From positions 1 through 25,680 of IMG/VR virus record IMGVR_UViG_3300012924_000025: a stretch of 25,680 nucleotides of DNA; one strand, given 5' to 3'. The stretch comes from a virus. Taxonomy: Duplodnaviria > Caudoviricetes. The position numbers and the translations under genes were made by a program. Within the stretch, counting starts at the first letter, position 1. Each line of letters opens with the position of its first letter. Shown here one piece after another: positions 23,417 to 25,680 of the stretch. A model generated the notes under the pieces. That model ran no database searches. It saw only the letters and a program-made list of their open reading frames with translations, and was not told the DNA's origin.

Positions 23417-24162
23417 TAGATCCTCCGCTCGACTACGGTCTTGCGGGCGCGGAGACGGGATTCGGCTTCGCGGGCCCTGGCAGCTTCGGCGGCCTCGGCG
23501 AGTTCTTCTTCGGTCGGCTCCGCTGTGGGAAGCTCGTCTTCGAACTCAGCGTGTTTGGTCTCGCCCGATTCGCGAACGATGCGATCGAACTCGTCCTGTG
23601 CGGGCTCGGGGGCTGAGGTCACTGCCACTGCGGCAAGGGATTCCATCGGGGCCTTACCAGTCATGATCGCGATCAGCTGGGCATTCTGGGCCATCACGGC
23701 GGCCATGGCTTCCATCATTTTGTCCAGACCGTGGGTTGCGGAGGGTTGGAGAGCCGTGGTGGCGCGAAGGTCCGTCAGGGAGGTGATCAATTCGTCACCC
23801 AGACGGGCGTAGAACCCGGCCCGCTGCGACTCTTCATCGATGCCCTGAGTGGGGATCCATTTGAACTTCGCGGTGACCTCGCGGGCCTCGTCGTCGAGGG
23901 GGACCATGCCAGGGGTGGGATCGCCTTCGAAGACGATGTCTCTGGGATTGCCCTTGCCCGGCCAGCAGACATGGATCTCGCCGTCCATTTCGTTGTTGGG
24001 GAATTTCACGTTCCAGTCGTCTGCCACTCGGGGGTCGAGATGCAAGGGGACTTTGAACATCTTCCTCGTGGGCTTGCCAGTGCGGGAGTCGATCGCGGTT
24101 TGTTCCCAACGGGAATCGGGGGCGTTGAGGTAGTGGGGTTCCGTCAATTTCCATCGTGCCAT
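23416..24162 (-). CDS. hypothetical protein, 248 aa, globular N-domain + acidic tail ending VVERRI
   Basis: AAGGAG lies 7 nt before ATG 24162 (MARWKLTEPHYLN). Confidence 0.8.
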   Translation of the reverse strand: MARWKLTEPHYLNAPDSRWEQTAIDSRTGKPTRKMFKVPLHLDPRVADDWNVKFPNNEMDGEIHVCWPGKGNPRDIVFEGDPTPGMVPLDDEAREVTAKFKWIPTQGIDEESQRAGFYARLGDELITSLTDLRATTALQPSATHGLDKMMEAMAAVMAQNAQLIAIMTGKAPMESLAAVAVTSAPEPAQDEFDRIVRESGETKHAEFEDELPTAEPTEEELAEAAEAARAREAESRLRARKTVVERRI

Positions 24163-24176
24163 GTTAAGGCTCCTTT

Positions 24177-24617
24177 TCAGAATTGTGCGTACCAGATCAA
24201 CACCGACATGGTAGCTGCGGATGAGGTGGCGCATAGCGCCTGTGAGAGGTTGCTGGAATTGGATGCGTATTGTGAATGATCTTGGTTTGGTGAGTTTGAG
24301 CTAACGTTGAACGTCGGCGATAGCTTCTTGGTGCCGGTGTCACATGGGTTGGTGGTTTGGGTACCGGTGGTAAAGGCGATGGTGCCATTGGCACCTGTGT
24401 TGGTTACGTTCCAACCACAGAGGAAGATGGTCTGGCCAGCGACCGCAGGAACGATCGCGGTCGAGGTTGTGAACCCAACTTCCTGTACCGCGACCTTGTT
24501 GCATAGGATGAGATTGGTCGGGCCAGATACGTTCTCTGCGTTCGCGGTTGGCGCCCAAGCCCACAGGCTCAGGCTCAGCGCAGCGAGGAGACAGATGGAG
24601 AGCCTGAGCTTGTGCAT
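24177..24617 (-). CDS. beta-rich protein with signal peptide, 146 aa (decoration-like)
   Basis: MHKLRLSICLLAALSLSLWAWAPTANA|E. Four Cys in the mature part. Thr/Ser/Gly-rich strands. Confidence 0.75.
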   Translation of the reverse strand: MHKLRLSICLLAALSLSLWAWAPTANAENVSGPTNLILCNKVAVQEVGFTTSTAIVPAVAGQTIFLCGWNVTNTGANGTIAFTTGTQTTNPCDTGTKKLSPTFNVSSNSPNQDHSQYASNSSNLSQALCATSSAATMSVLIWYAQF

Positions 24618-25093
24618 TAGCGTACCCTATACCAAGAGGTGGTTGAGAGAGCGTATCGGAACTCGACCGACGAGCCCGCAGCGAGAGTGGCGAAGGAAGT
24701 GTTGTTGACGAGAGTTGAGCCGTCAGAGACGGTTACGGTCGCGCCGGTGAAGGCACCGCCAGAACCGTTGACCCATTCGAAGATTTCCCCATCCCAAGGC
24801 AGCGGGGGAAGGGTCACTGCGAGCGAGGCAGAGGCGGCGGTGGAGACGAGGGTGCCGGTGGCAGTGGTCAAGACCAAGGTGCCAGAGGTCAAAGCCGTGG
24901 TGGTGAGACCAGTGGCGTTGCGAAGTTGGGAAGACGGCGCGAAGATAGACGGGCCACCGGGTCCGCCTTGAGCCATGGTCACGACTTCCGAACCGGACAT
25001 AGTTCGGTTCGTCAGTGCGGTTTGGGCCCAGACTGCCCCGATGATTGCCAGGGCCGCTAGGGCCCCAGCCAGAAGTGTGCGGAAGCGAGTCAT
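24617..25093 (-). CDS. beta-rich protein with signal peptide, 158 aa (head fibre/decoration-like)
   Basis: GAGGG SD. MTRFRTLLAGALAALAIIGAVWA|Q. Motifs 'VTLPPLPWDGE' and C-terminal 'Y...TTSWYR' are typical of fibre/decoration domains. Confidence 0.75.
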   Translation of the reverse strand: MTRFRTLLAGALAALAIIGAVWAQTALTNRTMSGSEVVTMAQGGPGGPSIFAPSSQLRNATGLTTTALTSGTLVLTTATGTLVSTAASASLAVTLPPLPWDGEIFEWVNGSGGAFTGATVTVSDGSTLVNNTSFATLAAGSSVEFRYALSTTSWYRVR

Positions 25094-25103
25094 GCCATTT
25101 CCC

Positions 25104-25658
25104 TCAATTCGCCACAACAACGCCGGCGGGATATCCACCGAGCACTGCGTTGGCTTGTTCTGGGAGATCGTGACGGTCGAGGACGAGGTAGGCCTGGAGT
25201 TCCCCGGCGGAGTGGGTGCCGACGGAGATGTATTGGAGTTGCAAGAACCTCGGAAGGGGCTGCCCAGCAACGGGCCGGGGGATGTCGATGTCCGCAAGGC
25301 GGGCGCCGAGGATGAGGATTGCCTCGGCGTAGACCGGCGAGGTGTACATGGTGACGTAGGCACCGGCTGCGCCAGCACCGTTGTCAGGGGCGCCTTGGAG
25401 GTTCACTTGGAGCGAGGTGCCACCGGTGATTGCGACGGTGACCACGGCGAGGATTTTCATCGCCGGGTCATCGCCGATGCCGATGTCACGGGCTCCGCCA
25501 CCTTGGGCGGAGAGTGGGATGCCCAGGAGGCCTAGGTCAAAGGCGTTGGAGGAGACCTGGGTGCCTGTGGTCGGGCGGTCGGATTGGGGTCCGAGAACGG
25601 GAGGACCAGAAGCTCCCTTTGAAGAACCAGTGAAGCACAGAAGACCATCGAGGATCAT
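25104..25658 (-). CDS. Bbp16-like capsid cement protein
   Basis: MILD..L.F, SSNAFDL, RDIG.G, GGTSLQV.LQ, RFLQLQY, G.L.A.LV resemble BPP-1 Bbp16. SD AAGGGAG. The major capsid gene is expected just beyond the window. Confidence 0.8.
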   Translation of the reverse strand: MILDGLLCFTGSSKGASGPPVLGPQSDRPTTGTQVSSNAFDLGLLGIPLSAQGGGARDIGIGDDPAMKILAVVTVAITGGTSLQVNLQGAPDNGAGAAGAYVTMYTSPVYAEAILILGARLADIDIPRPVAGQPLPRFLQLQYISVGTHSAGELQAYLVLDRHDLPEQANAVLGGYPAGVVVAN

Positions 25659-25680
25659 GTTAAACTCCCTTGAATTGAGA

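Noticed and set aside
23034-25378. Longer ORF-track starts (23105, 24234, 25378; likewise 403, 927, 6294, 14438, 20163)
   Set aside because: They overlap upstream genes. Downstream ATGs have SDs or stop/start coupling and give sensible N-termini.
21150-25658. Diversity-generating retroelement, suggested by BPP-1-like structural genes
   Set aside because: No reverse transcriptase, and I saw no TR/VR repeat pair in this window. One elsewhere in the genome is not excluded.
1-25680. CRISPR array, tRNA, integrase or IS element
   Set aside because: None seen by eye. The IS30-like HTH at 704-952 has no transposase core or terminal repeats.

Overview
This 25.7-kb, roughly 60% GC window is part of a podovirus-type phage or prophage genome; an alphaproteobacterial host is a guess from protein style. 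Two arms converge at 5053-5056. The + strand (1-5056) is a replication module: a DUF669/SSB-like gene (5'-truncated), a DUF3310 gene, a split family-A DNA polymerase (UDG-like + 3'-5' exonuclease part, then a polymerase part with His at the F762-equivalent position) and a DUF3987-like AAA+ ATPase. The - strand (25658 to 5053) is a late module: Bbp16-like capsid cement, several decoration/fibre genes, small disordered proteins, an HNH endonuclease, tail tubular proteins A and B, a gp13-like gene, three internal virion proteins (one of 1933 aa), a GH108 endolysin and membrane/lysis genes. Two things stand out. (1) About ten small ORFs are nested in the +1 frame of major genes, most with a Shine-Dalgarno and a local shift of host wobble positions to A/T; one is a clear HTH protein and several are membrane peptides. 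(2) Five late proteins, including the Cys-rich tail-fibre-like protein, carry apparent Sec signal peptides. All assignments are from motifs read by eye; no searches were run.
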